This document shows, piece by piece, positions 18,242-28,132 of a DNA stretch of 64,000 nucleotides. A model generated the notes under the pieces. It saw only the letters and a program-made list of their open reading frames with translations, was not told the DNA's origin and made no database searches. Numbering within the stretch: position 1 is the stretch's first letter; each line of letters starts with the position of its first letter. Source of the DNA: Lutibacter sp. GTDB lineage: Bacteria; Bacteroidota; Bacteroidia; Flavobacteriales; Flavobacteriaceae. Both the position numbers and the translations under genes were made by a program. The DNA is taken from assembly GCF_046055765.1 (NCBI RefSeq), contig NZ_JASFZF010000040.1, positions 16,536 through 80,535 on the forward strand, written 5' to 3'.

Positions 18242-20431
18242 CTATGCTAAATTATAATCAGATAAAGGTAAATTATAATATCTTTTTCCTGTTAATTTAT
18301 GAATTGCATTTACAATTGCTGGAGCAATTACAGGAACGCCAGGTTCGCCAACACCAGTAGGTCTTTCAGTACTTTCAATTATTTCAACATGAATATTAGG
18401 TGTTTCATTTATTCGAACCATAGGATAATTATTATAATTACTTTGTTCAATTGTACCATTTTTTGTAGAGATTTTTCCATAAAAAGCTAATGACATTCCA
18501 AAAATTGCAGCACCTTCTAGCTGAGATTTGACAGTATTTCTATTTACTACTGTTCCACAATCTATCGCTGTAAATATAGTATGAACTTTAACTTTGTTAT
18601 TTTCAATAGAAACTTCTATAACAGAAGCTACATAAGAGTAAAAACTGTAATGAACAGCTAAACCATACGCATGACCTTTAGGAAGTTTTTTTCCCCATTC
18701 GGCGTTTTTAGCTGCAATTTTCAATACATTTTTAAGTCGAGCTGTATTGTATTTAATTTCATCTGGAGTATCTTCAATTCTATCTTTTCCAATTAAATTT
18801 AATCGAAATTCTAAAGGATCTTTTCCAGCAGCAAAGGCCAATTCATCAGCAAATACGTTTTCTGAAAATCCGTGAGGGATATTAATAACAGATCGCAACC
18901 AACCAATTCTAACATGAGCAGGTGCTTTCCCAACTTCAACTTTTATATTTTTTATATCAAAAGGAATGTTTGTTGCACTTGAAATTTCAAAACCAGCAGC
19001 ATAATCTACTCCAGGCATAAACGTAGAGGTAATTGAAGGCAAGGCAAATCGATGTAACCAACCTGTAACATTTCCATTTTTATCTAATGAAGCTTTTAAA
19101 TATTGGGCACTTATAGTATGGTAATATCCATGTTTAATATCATCTTCACGAGTCCATACTACTTGCACAGGAGCATTGATTGCTTTTGAAACAATTACAG
19201 CTTCCACAATATAATCTGGTTTTGATTTTCGGCCAAATCCACCACCTAACAAAGTTACGTTTATAGTTACTTTTTCTTCTGAAGTTTTTAAATAATCAAC
19301 CACTTCTTTTCGAGCTGTTTGAGGAGCTTGTGTTGGAGCCCACACTTCACAACTATCTCCTTGTACCCAAGCAACAGCATTTGGAACTTCCATTGGAGCG
19401 TGAGATAAATGAGGTAATTGAAAAGTGCTTTCTACAATTTTATCGGCATTTTTAAAAGCTTTATTTACATTTCCGGTATCTTTTCCAACTTTTCCCTGTT
19501 TGTGAACGTTTTTAGTAATTTGAATCATGTATTTTTCTGAATCATAACTTTCATTATCACCATAATTCCATTCAATTTTTAAAGCTTCTTTTCCTTTAAA
19601 AGCAGCCCAAGTGTTTGAAGCAATAACAGCAACACCACCCAGTGCTCCGAAAGGTCTTTCAATTCTAGGAATTTCTATTACATCTTCAACTCCAGCTATT
19701 TTTAAGGCTTCCGTTTTATCAAATGATTTTACCGTTCCAAAAGTAACAGGACAACGTGCAATTGCAACAAATTTCATGTTGGGAATTCGTTTATCTAACC
19801 CATAAACTGCACTTCCGTTCGAATATTCTTCAGCATCAACACTACGTAAATGTTTTCCAATGTATTTAAAATCTTTCGGATTTTTTAGTTGTACATCAGT
19901 AGGAATTTCTAATGTTTTTGCTATTTCAACTAAATCGCCAAAAGCTATTTTTTTACTGCTTGAATGGATTACAAAATGATTTTCAGCAGTGCATTCAGAT
20001 GCTGGTACTTGCCATTTTTGAGCAGCGGCAGCAATTAATATCGCTCTAGCCTTAGCGCCCATTTGGCGCATTGTTTCATATAGATAACGAACACTACGAG
20101 AACCATCCGTATTTTGATCGCCATATTTTGCGTCTCCAGTTGCCTGTTTTACAATTACTTTATTCCAATCTGCATCCATTTCATCAGCAATTACCGATGT
20201 TAATGAAGTTCTAACGCCATTTCCCATCTCAGAGCGTGAAGCAATTAAAATTAAACTTCCGTCAGAATTTAATTGTACAAAAAGATTTGGATTAAAACCT
20301 CCTAAATTTTTTAGTTCTCCCTTTTCTTTGTCTGAAAAGATGGAAGTATTACAAGCTAAAATTAAACCACCTGAAGCTAAACCAATACTTCTAACAAAAG
20401 TTCTACGACTTATATTTTTTATAAGATTCAT
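18242..20431 (-). CDS. xanthine oxidase family molybdopterin-binding subunit (IorB / aldehyde oxidoreductase beta-like), Tat-exported
   Basis: Twin-arginine signal NISRRTFVRSIGLASGGLILA and the GGGFGRK Mo-cofactor motif; 729 aa. Confidence 0.85.
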   Translation of the reverse strand: MNLIKNISRRTFVRSIGLASGGLILACNTSIFSDKEKGELKNLGGFNPNLFVQLNSDGSLILIASRSEMGNGVRTSLTSVIADEMDADWNKVIVKQATGDAKYGDQNTDGSRSVRYLYETMRQMGAKARAILIAAAAQKWQVPASECTAENHFVIHSSSKKIAFGDLVEIAKTLEIPTDVQLKNPKDFKYIGKHLRSVDAEEYSNGSAVYGLDKRIPNMKFVAIARCPVTFGTVKSFDKTEALKIAGVEDVIEIPRIERPFGALGGVAVIASNTWAAFKGKEALKIEWNYGDNESYDSEKYMIQITKNVHKQGKVGKDTGNVNKAFKNADKIVESTFQLPHLSHAPMEVPNAVAWVQGDSCEVWAPTQAPQTARKEVVDYLKTSEEKVTINVTLLGGGFGRKSKPDYIVEAVIVSKAINAPVQVVWTREDDIKHGYYHTISAQYLKASLDKNGNVTGWLHRFALPSITSTFMPGVDYAAGFEISSATNIPFDIKNIKVEVGKAPAHVRIGWLRSVINIPHGFSENVFADELAFAAGKDPLEFRLNLIGKDRIEDTPDEIKYNTARLKNVLKIAAKNAEWGKKLPKGHAYGLAVHYSFYSYVASVIEVSIENNKVKVHTIFTAIDCGTVVNRNTVKSQLEGAAIFGMSLAFYGKISTKNGTIEQSNYNNYPMVRINETPNIHVEIIESTERPTGVGEPGVPVIAPAIVNAIHKLTGKRYYNLPLSDYNLA

Positions 20432-20433
20432 AA

Positions 20434-20892
20434 TTAGTTTTGGTTTTTAAGTTCAACAGTTCTATGTATCGCTTTTTTAATGCGTTGGTAAGTACCACAT
20501 CTGCAAATATTACCAATCATAGCTTCATCAATATCTTTTTCAGTAGGGTTATCATTTTTATTTAGCAAAGCCGCCGCCGCAATTAATTGACCTGGCTGAC
20601 AAAATCCACATTGTGCCACATTTAATTCAACCCAAGATTTTTGTAGCAATTGTAAGTTTTCAAATTCTCCTTCAATAGTTAAAATATCTTTTCCTTCAGC
20701 AGCTGAAACAGGAATCATGCACGATTGTACAGGTGAGTTATCCATAAGTACTTTACATGAACCGCATACACCAATTCCACATCCGTATTTTGTACCAGTG
20801 AGTCCAATAATGTCTCTAATTGCCCAAAGTAAAGGCATGTCTGGAGCAACATTAATAGTATGTTTTTCTCCATTTATACGAAGTGTAATCAT
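20434..20892 (-). CDS. (2Fe-2S)-binding small subunit (IorA-like)
   Basis: Two cluster motifs: CGIGVCGSCKV...C, and CGFCQPG...CRCGTY. Confidence 0.9.
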   Translation of the reverse strand: MITLRINGEKHTINVAPDMPLLWAIRDIIGLTGTKYGCGIGVCGSCKVLMDNSPVQSCMIPVSAAEGKDILTIEGEFENLQLLQKSWVELNVAQCGFCQPGQLIAAAALLNKNDNPTEKDIDEAMIGNICRCGTYQRIKKAIHRTVELKNQN

Positions 20893-20985
20893 AAATTTTT
20901 AGTAGTTGTTAGTTTAGATGAACAATTTAAGAATTATTTTATAAATCATTTTAGAGGATTTTGTTTAATTGTAAATTAACAAATC

Positions 20986-21579
20986 TTAAATTAAACTTGT
21001 TGTTTCAATTACATCTCCAGGCTGCATAGTTGAAAGTTGAATATTTCCAATTCTAATGCGTACTAATCTAAGTGTTGGAAAACCAACAACGGCAGTCATT
21101 TTACGTACTTGTCTAAATTTGCCTTCTCTTAATGTAATTGATATCCAACTTGTTGGACCGTGTCGTTCATCTCTTATTTTTTTTGCTCTTTCAGGTAATT
21201 TAGGTATTCCACTTAACTTTTTTACGATGCAATTTTTTGTAAAATATTTTCCAGTTTCAGTACTAATTTCTACACCATTTTTTAAGTTTTTAATAGCTTC
21301 TGAAGTAATTTTCCCATCAACCTGAGCGTAATATTCCTTTTCAATTTTAGTACTTCTAATAAATTCACTAGTTTTTCCGTTTGTAGTCAATAATAATAAT
21401 CCTTCTGAAGTTTCATCTAAACGTCCAATTGCCATCGTATTTTTAGGAAAATTGAATAACTCACCCAACATTTTCTTGTTTTTCCGTTTTGTTTGATTAT
21501 TTACAAACTGACTTAAATAACCATGTGGTTTAAAAATAATAAAATGCTGATGTTGTTTTTGATGATTAGTATTTTCCAT
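20986..21579 (-). CDS. pseudouridine synthase, RsuA/RluE family (no S4 domain)
   Basis: Catalytic motif GRLDETSEGLLLLT. It overlaps the topB stop by 14 nt. Confidence 0.8.
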   Translation of the reverse strand: MENTNHQKQHQHFIIFKPHGYLSQFVNNQTKRKNKKMLGELFNFPKNTMAIGRLDETSEGLLLLTTNGKTSEFIRSTKIEKEYYAQVDGKITSEAIKNLKNGVEISTETGKYFTKNCIVKKLSGIPKLPERAKKIRDERHGPTSWISITLREGKFRQVRKMTAVVGFPTLRLVRIRIGNIQLSTMQPGDVIETTSLI

Positions 21580-23866
21580 TTAAAATAGCATAAACTAATT
21601 CTTTGGTAAGTGTTTTTCCTACTGCTCTTTTTCGTATTTCATCAAAACTGAAAATAAAATCGCAGCCATTTTTATAATCACTACAACCATAAGCTGTTTT
21701 TCCTTTTAAAATAGTTCCTTTTTTACATTTAGGACACATTAATGTATCAGGTATTGTTTTTTCTGAAGTATTCTTTTCTTCTAATTTTAAGTTGAAATCT
21801 TCATCAAATCGAACCAAACCCTCAACTTTACCATTTTCAGATTTAAAGCCTTTTAAATTTACGGTACATCCTTTTTGCAACAAACGTATGTATTGATTTT
21901 CTGATATTTTTTTATCTAAAAAGCTAAAAGGCAATCTAAAAGTACAACCATTTTTATAGTTGCTACAACCAAAAGCTGTTTTTCCTTTTATAATGGTTCC
22001 TTTATTACATTTTGGACATTTTTCTGAGAAAATATTAGCTTTTTTAGTTGCTGTTTTTACCAATGAAGATTTTGTTTGATTTGTATTTGTTACTGCTGAA
22101 ATATTGGCTCTCACAGTTTCAGAACGAACTTCATACACCAAATCATCTACCATTTTTTTCATGTTTTTTATGAACGTTCCTGCATTATAATTTCCTTTTT
22201 CAATTTCTTTTAATTGTTTTTCCCAAAGACCCGTTAATTCAGCCGATTTCAATAATTTATTTTGAATGATGTCAATTAATTGAATACCAGTTTGAGTTGG
22301 TAAAAGTTGCTTTTTTTTACGCTCTATATATTTACGTTTAAAAAGTGTTTCAATAATATTAGCACGTGTAGAAGGCCGCCCAATACCGTTTTCTTTCATT
22401 AATTCCCTCATTTCATCATCATCCACTTGCTTTCCGGCAGTTTCCATTGCACGTAAAAGTGTTGCTTCTGAAAATTGGTTTGGTGGCTTGGTTTCTTTTT
22501 CTAAAAAAGATGGAATATGTGCACCTTTTTCACCTTTTATAAAAGTTGGTAAAATGCCTATTGCTGTTTTTTCTTCAGATTTAGAAGATTCGAAAATAAT
22601 TCGCCAGCCTTTTTCTAAAATTTCTTTGCCTGTAGTTTTAAAAGTCACATCGTTAGCTTTTCCAATTACCGAAGTGTTTGAAACTTTACAATCATCATAA
22701 AAAACAGCAATAAAACGTTTTGTAATGATATTATACACTTGTTGTTGATTGTACTGTAAGTTAATTTGTACACCCGTTGGAATAATTGCGTGGTGATCGG
22801 TTACTTTTTTATCGTTAAAAACTTTGCTTGATTTTTTTATTTTTTTAGTGAGTAAAGGTTGAGTTAACTTACTGTAATTTGTTAAGTTTTTTAATATTCC
22901 TGCTACTTTTGGATATACATCGTTAGGTAAAAAAGTAGTATCAACTCTAGGATAGGTAACTGCTTTTTGTTCGTATAATTTCTGAACTATTTTCAATGTT
23001 TCATCTGCTGAAAACCCAAATTTGTTATTGCAATATACTTGTAAACCAGTTAAATCGAATAATTTTGGAGCATAATCTTTACCTGCTTTTTTGGTTACAG
23101 AAACAATTTCAAAATCACTTTCTTTTACTTTTTTTGCAAAAATCTCACCTTCTTCTTTTTTTAAAAAACGACCTTCTTCACAATTAAAAAGAGTTTCTCT
23201 GTACAATGTTTGTAACTCCCAATAAGGTTGAGGTTTAAAATTTGCAATTTCTTTAAACCTGTTTACCAACATTGCCAATGTTGGAGTTTGCACTCTTCCA
23301 ACCGATAATAATTGTTTAAAACCACCGTGTTTTACAGTGTATAATCTTGTGGCATTCATTCCCAATAACCAATCTCCAATTGCTCTTGAAAACCCTGCGT
23401 AGTATAAATTATCGTAATCTTCAGAAGGTTTTAAATTTTGAAATCCTTCTTTTATAGCTTCCGTAGTTAATGAAGAGATCCACAGTCGCTGTACTTCACC
23501 TTTATATTCAGCTTGATTAATAACCCAGCGCTGAATTAATTCTCCTTCTTGCCCTGCATCACCACAATTTATAATAATATCGGCTTTATCAAATAAACTT
23601 TTAACAATATTAAATTGTTTTTGAATCCCATCATTAGAAACAACTTTGGTTTGAAATTTTTCAGGAAGCATAGGTAAATTATTCAAATCCCAGCTTTTCC
23701 AATGAGGTTTATAATCATTAGGCTCAAATAAAGTGCATAAATGCCCAAAAGTATAGGTAACTGCGTAACCATTGCCTTCATAGTAACCATCACGTTTTGT
23801 GTTTGCTCCCAATACAGTAGCAATTTCACGAGCAACACTTGGTTTTTCGGCAATACATACTTTCAT
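21566..23866 (-). CDS. topB: DNA topoisomerase III
   Basis: Toprim start MKVCIAEKPSVA, a type IA core, and two C-terminal CPKC...GC..YKNGC zinc ribbons. Confidence 0.9.
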   Translation of the reverse strand: MKVCIAEKPSVAREIATVLGANTKRDGYYEGNGYAVTYTFGHLCTLFEPNDYKPHWKSWDLNNLPMLPEKFQTKVVSNDGIQKQFNIVKSLFDKADIIINCGDAGQEGELIQRWVINQAEYKGEVQRLWISSLTTEAIKEGFQNLKPSEDYDNLYYAGFSRAIGDWLLGMNATRLYTVKHGGFKQLLSVGRVQTPTLAMLVNRFKEIANFKPQPYWELQTLYRETLFNCEEGRFLKKEEGEIFAKKVKESDFEIVSVTKKAGKDYAPKLFDLTGLQVYCNNKFGFSADETLKIVQKLYEQKAVTYPRVDTTFLPNDVYPKVAGILKNLTNYSKLTQPLLTKKIKKSSKVFNDKKVTDHHAIIPTGVQINLQYNQQQVYNIITKRFIAVFYDDCKVSNTSVIGKANDVTFKTTGKEILEKGWRIIFESSKSEEKTAIGILPTFIKGEKGAHIPSFLEKETKPPNQFSEATLLRAMETAGKQVDDDEMRELMKENGIGRPSTRANIIETLFKRKYIERKKKQLLPTQTGIQLIDIIQNKLLKSAELTGLWEKQLKEIEKGNYNAGTFIKNMKKMVDDLVYEVRSETVRANISAVTNTNQTKSSLVKTATKKANIFSEKCPKCNKGTIIKGKTAFGCSNYKNGCTFRLPFSFLDKKISENQYIRLLQKGCTVNLKGFKSENGKVEGLVRFDEDFNLKLEEKNTSEKTIPDTLMCPKCKKGTILKGKTAYGCSDYKNGCDFIFSFDEIRKRAVGKTLTKELVYAILNGKY

Positions 23867-24081
23867 AATATTATTAATTTTGAAGTCTGCAAAATACGGA
23901 AATTTGACTTAAATATTAGGAAAGTACTTTTATTTATAATAGTCTTAATAAATGAAAATAATGTAGTTGAAGTTATTGTTAAGATTTATTGTTTAGCAGG
24001 AAATTGTTTAAATAATTATAACTAGAAGCTTTGGGCAATATATTTAGTATATATTTAACGAAAATATTTGTAAACGAAATT

Positions 24082-24089
24082 TATTTTTG
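24082..24089 (+). promoter_or_regulatory. candidate -7 box (TATTTTTG) for lpxD
   Basis: TAnnTTTG match, 23 nt upstream of ATG 24113. Confidence 0.45.
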
Positions 24090-24112
24090 ATTCAAAAAAC
24101 AACTTATAATTA

Positions 24113-25105
24113 ATGAAGTCATTTACAATTCAAGAAATTAATGCAATTTTAAAAGGGGAATTATTAGGGAATACCAATCAAAAGATAAAAGGCCCTGAAG
24201 AATTACAAAAAGCAACCTCAAATCAAATTAGTTTTATAGGGAACCAAAAATATATTCATTTATGGAAAACATCTAATGCTTGTGCAGCTATAGTGAATGA
24301 AAATTTAAATATTGAGCCCGAAGAAAATCGCGCTTTAATAAAGGTTAACAATGCCGATTTAGCAATGGCAAAAATATTAGAATTATTTAACCCTAGTTCA
24401 CCAAAATTTGAAGTTGATATTCATTCTACGGCTGTTATACATAAATCGGCTATAATTGGTAAAGATTCTAAAATTGGTGCTAATTGCTATATTGGGAAAG
24501 ATGTTGTAATAGGTGATGGTGCAGTTTTATATCCAAATGTTACCATTTTTGATGAAACAATAATAGGAAATAATACTATTATTTGGTCTGGCACTGTAAT
24601 TCGTGAAAGATGTGAAATTGGAAGTTATTGTATTTTTCATACCAATGTTAGTATTGGCGCTGATGGTTTTGGATACAGACCAAGTGATGATGGGAGAGGA
24701 CTGGTTAAAATTCCTCAAATAGGAAATGTTGTAATTGGAAATTATGTTGAAATTGGCGCAAATTCTACAGTAGACCGTGCGAAATTTAGTTCCACAATAA
24801 TTGGTGATGGTTGTAAAATAGATAATTTGGTTCAAATTGCACATAATTGCATTTTAGGACGTTCATGTATTATGGCGGGAAGTAGTGGTTTAGCAGGTTC
24901 TGTTACTTTAGGAGATGGCGTTATTATTGGAGGAAGCTCTTCAATAAAAGACCACCTTACCATTCATTCAGGTGCTGTTGTTGGTGGTGGTTCTGGTGTT
25001 ATGAATGATGTTGCTGCAGGTAAAACAGTAGTAGGATATCCTGCGACAGATTCTAGAGATATGTTTAGACAATGGGTTGCATTGAGAAAATTAGCAAAAA
25101 GTTAA
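24113..25105 (+). CDS. lpxD: UDP-3-O-acylglucosamine N-acyltransferase
   Basis: N-terminal LpxD-type domain followed by a long run of hexapeptide (left-handed beta-helix) repeats. Confidence 0.85.
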   Translation: MKSFTIQEINAILKGELLGNTNQKIKGPEELQKATSNQISFIGNQKYIHLWKTSNACAAIVNENLNIEPEENRALIKVNNADLAMAKILELFNPSSPKFEVDIHSTAVIHKSAIIGKDSKIGANCYIGKDVVIGDGAVLYPNVTIFDETIIGNNTIIWSGTVIRERCEIGSYCIFHTNVSIGADGFGYRPSDDGRGLVKIPQIGNVVIGNYVEIGANSTVDRAKFSSTIIGDGCKIDNLVQIAHNCILGRSCIMAGSSGLAGSVTLGDGVIIGGSSSIKDHLTIHSGAVVGGGSGVMNDVAAGKTVVGYPATDSRDMFRQWVALRKLAKS

Positions 25106-25207
25106 TTTTAAACTTTAGTGTTTGGAATAGCAAATAAACGATGTTTCTAAAAAATAGTTTAGATTTAAGTAATTATAGTTGTAAGTGTAAATACGATTTA
25201 ATCAATT

Positions 25208-25678
25208 ATGAAAAAAGCTTTAAAAGAAATAAAACCAGGTGTTGGTTTAGGAGTTTTAAAATTTGGAATGATAAGAACTGAAGTTAAATTAATTTTAGGA
25301 GAACCGTCTTTTAAAGATAAATATTCTCATTCTGATAGTAATAATGATTTAACGGAATCTTGGGAATATGATGATTTAAAATTATCACTTAGTTTTGATG
25401 AAGAAGAATCTTGGAAACTAATTATGATGTCTGTAAATTCTGATTTTTATGAGTTTGAAGGGAAATCGTTGATTGGAAAATCTGAAAAAGATATTTTAAC
25501 TTCTTTAAATATTGAGGATTCATCTTTAGAAGATGTTTCAGAACGTGATGGTGAAAATCATAAAGTAATTGAAATTGATGAAAAATCAATTAATTTTTGG
25601 TTTATAGATGGAGTGTTGGATGAAATTCAATGGTCGCCTTTATTTATTGATGATGATACTATTAATTGGCCAGAATAA
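25208..25678 (+). CDS. hypothetical acidic protein, 156 aa
   Basis: Clean ORF with no signal peptide or TM helix. Pattern G.GLG.LKFGM.R.EV..ILGEP. No family recognised with confidence. Confidence 0.55.
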   Translation: MKKALKEIKPGVGLGVLKFGMIRTEVKLILGEPSFKDKYSHSDSNNDLTESWEYDDLKLSLSFDEEESWKLIMMSVNSDFYEFEGKSLIGKSEKDILTSLNIEDSSLEDVSERDGENHKVIEIDEKSINFWFIDGVLDEIQWSPLFIDDDTINWPE

Positions 25679-25696
25679 TTTTTAAAATTTAAGACA

Positions 25697-26044
25697 ATGG
25701 ATATGAAGGATAACCATATTAATTATATTGAATTGAAGTCAAAAGATATTGAAAAAACGAAAGATTTTTTTAGCAATGCATTCCATTGGAAATTTACTGA
25801 TTATGGATCTACGTATGTTTCTTTTTCTGAAAGTGGACTTAAAGGAGGGTTTGAACTAACAAACGATAAAATTGTAAATGGAGCTTTAATTGTTTTGTAT
25901 TATAAAAACCTAGAAGAAATAAAAGATAGCATTGTAAAATTTGGTGGTGAAATTTCAAAAGATATTTTCTTTTTTCCAGGAGGTCATAGATTTCACTTTA
26001 CCGACCCTTCTGGAAATGAATTAGCAGTTTGGTCTGATAATTAG
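25697..26044 (+). CDS. VOC (glyoxalase/bleomycin-resistance) family protein
   Basis: 115 aa. The INYIELKSKDIEKTKDFF start and HRFHFTDPSGNELAVW end are typical of single-domain VOC proteins. Confidence 0.65.
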   Translation: MDMKDNHINYIELKSKDIEKTKDFFSNAFHWKFTDYGSTYVSFSESGLKGGFELTNDKIVNGALIVLYYKNLEEIKDSIVKFGGEISKDIFFFPGGHRFHFTDPSGNELAVWSDN

Positions 26045-26061
26045 AATTGTAAATTAATAAA

Positions 26062-26100
26062 AAGCCAATTAGTTCAATAATTTTATTGACTAATGGGCTT
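26062..26100. terminator. bidirectional hairpin terminator (VOC gene / hutU)
   Basis: AAGCCAATTAGTTCAAT-aatttt-ATTGACTAATGGGCTT forms a stem of about 17 bp with one mismatch, between convergent genes. Confidence 0.7.
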
Positions 26101-26124
26101 AATTTAAAGAAACAAATTATTTTA

Positions 26125-28122
26125 TTAAAACAAATCTTTTAAAAGACTGTCATCAACCAAATTTGGTATCGTAACTTTTAAACTAGGTGTACGCTTCATT
26201 TCACGTTTAATAGCAAATAAGGCTTCATTATTTCTAGCCCAGCTACGTCTGGCAATACCATTATTAACATCGTAAAAAAGCATGCTTTTTAAACGAGAAT
26301 CAGCTTCTGGTGTACCATCTAATACCATTCCAAAACCTCCATTAATAACTTCTCCCCAGCCTACGCCACCACCATTGTGAATTGAGACCCAGGTTGCACC
26401 TCTAAAACTATCTCCAATTACATTTTGAATAGCCATATCTGCAGTAAATTTACTTCCATCATAAATATTTGACGTTTCTCTATATGGAGAATCTGTACCA
26501 CTTACATCATGATGATCTCTACCAATAACAATAGGTCCTATTTTTTCTTCAGCAATTGCTTTGTTAAATGCTTCGGCAATTTTAGAACGTCCTTCAGCAT
26601 CAGCATATAAAATACGTGCTTGTGAACCAACCACCATTTTATTTTTTTTTGCATCCTTTATCCAAGTAATATTATCCTGCATTTGCAATTGTATTTCTTT
26701 AGGAGAATTTTCCATAATTTCTTGTAGCACTCGCATTGCAATTTCATCGGTTTTATCTAAATCTTCGGGGTTTCCTGAAGTACAAACCCAACGGAATGGT
26801 CCAAATCCATAATCAAAACACATGGGGCCTAATATATCTTGCACATAAGATGAATATTTAAAATCTATGTTATTTTCAGCCATAATATCTGCACCAGCTC
26901 TAGATGCTTCCAAAAGAAAGGCATTTCCATAATCGAAAAAATAGGTTCCTTTGGCAGTATGATTGTTTATAGAAGCTGCTTGACGACGCAATGAAGCTTG
27001 TACTTTCTCTTTGAATAGTTTCGGTTCTTCTCTAATTAAACGATTTGATTCTTCGTAAGAAACATCAACAGGATAATATCCACCAGTCCAAGGAATATGT
27101 AATGATGTTTGATCAGAACCTACATGAACATATATTTCGTCTTTATCAAATCGTTCCCAAACATCTACAACATTTCCAATAAATGCAATTGAAACTACTT
27201 CTTTTAATTCTTGTGCTTTTTTTACACGTATCACTAATTCATCAATTGAATCAATTAATACATCAACCCAGCCTTGTTCAAAACGCTTTGTGGCAGCTTT
27301 TGGATTTACTTCAGCACAAATTGAAATACAACCAGCTATGTTTCCAGCTTTTGGTTGTGCTCCACTCATTCCACCTAAGCCAGAAGTTAAAAATACTTTT
27401 CCAGCAGGAGATTCCTCTTTTGATAATATTTTTCTGAAAGCATTCATTAGGGTAATTGTTGTTCCATGTACAATTCCCTGAGGGCCAATATACATAAAAG
27501 AGCCAGCTGTCATTTGTCCATATTGTGTGACTCCTAATGCATTAAATTTTTCCCAATCATCAGGCTTAGAATAGTTAGGAATCATCATTCCATTAGTAAT
27601 AATTACTCTTGGAGCTTCTTTAGAAGAGGGAAATAACCCCATTGGATGTCCGGAGTACATATTCAAAGTTTGCTCTTCTGTCATTATGGACAAGTATTGC
27701 ATTGTAATTAAATATTGTGCCCAATTTTGGAATACAGCACCATTTCCACCATAAGTAATAAGTTCTTCAGGATGTTGTGCTACAGCAGGATTTAAATTAT
27801 TTTGTATCATTAACATAATAGCTGCTGCTTGTGTACACTTTGCAGGATAATCACTAATTGGTCTGGCAAATATTTTGTAATCTGGTTTAAATCTGTACAT
27901 ATAAATACGACCAAAATCTTTCAGTTCTTGTGCAAATTCTACAGCTAAAGTTTCATGCCATTTTTTAGGGAAATAACGAAGTGCGTTTCTAATAGCTAAT
28001 TCTTTTTCATCATTAGATAAAATATCTTTCCTTTTTGGAGCTCTATTTACATCTTTTGCAAGCTTTCTTTTAGCTGGTAATTCTGCCGGTATTCCTTGTT
28101 TTATTTGTTCTTGAAATGTCAT
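26125..28122 (-). CDS. hutU: urocanate hydratase
   Basis: 665 aa and urocanase-like throughout, including the GLGGMSGAQ NAD loop. Confidence 0.95.
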   Translation of the reverse strand: MTFQEQIKQGIPAELPAKRKLAKDVNRAPKRKDILSNDEKELAIRNALRYFPKKWHETLAVEFAQELKDFGRIYMYRFKPDYKIFARPISDYPAKCTQAAAIMLMIQNNLNPAVAQHPEELITYGGNGAVFQNWAQYLITMQYLSIMTEEQTLNMYSGHPMGLFPSSKEAPRVIITNGMMIPNYSKPDDWEKFNALGVTQYGQMTAGSFMYIGPQGIVHGTTITLMNAFRKILSKEESPAGKVFLTSGLGGMSGAQPKAGNIAGCISICAEVNPKAATKRFEQGWVDVLIDSIDELVIRVKKAQELKEVVSIAFIGNVVDVWERFDKDEIYVHVGSDQTSLHIPWTGGYYPVDVSYEESNRLIREEPKLFKEKVQASLRRQAASINNHTAKGTYFFDYGNAFLLEASRAGADIMAENNIDFKYSSYVQDILGPMCFDYGFGPFRWVCTSGNPEDLDKTDEIAMRVLQEIMENSPKEIQLQMQDNITWIKDAKKNKMVVGSQARILYADAEGRSKIAEAFNKAIAEEKIGPIVIGRDHHDVSGTDSPYRETSNIYDGSKFTADMAIQNVIGDSFRGATWVSIHNGGGVGWGEVINGGFGMVLDGTPEADSRLKSMLFYDVNNGIARRSWARNNEALFAIKREMKRTPSLKVTIPNLVDDSLLKDLF

Positions 28123-28132
28123 ATCTAATTTT

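Noticed and set aside
21610-22030. Internal duplication in the 3' part of topB
   Set aside because: It corresponds to the two C-terminal zinc-ribbon modules (CPKC..GC..YKNGC) normal for type IA topoisomerases.
21566-23866. topB as a possible marker of a conjugative transposon, as is common in Bacteroidota
   Set aside because: No tra, mob, integrase or relaxase genes lie on either side. The neighbours are lpxD and a pseudouridine synthase.
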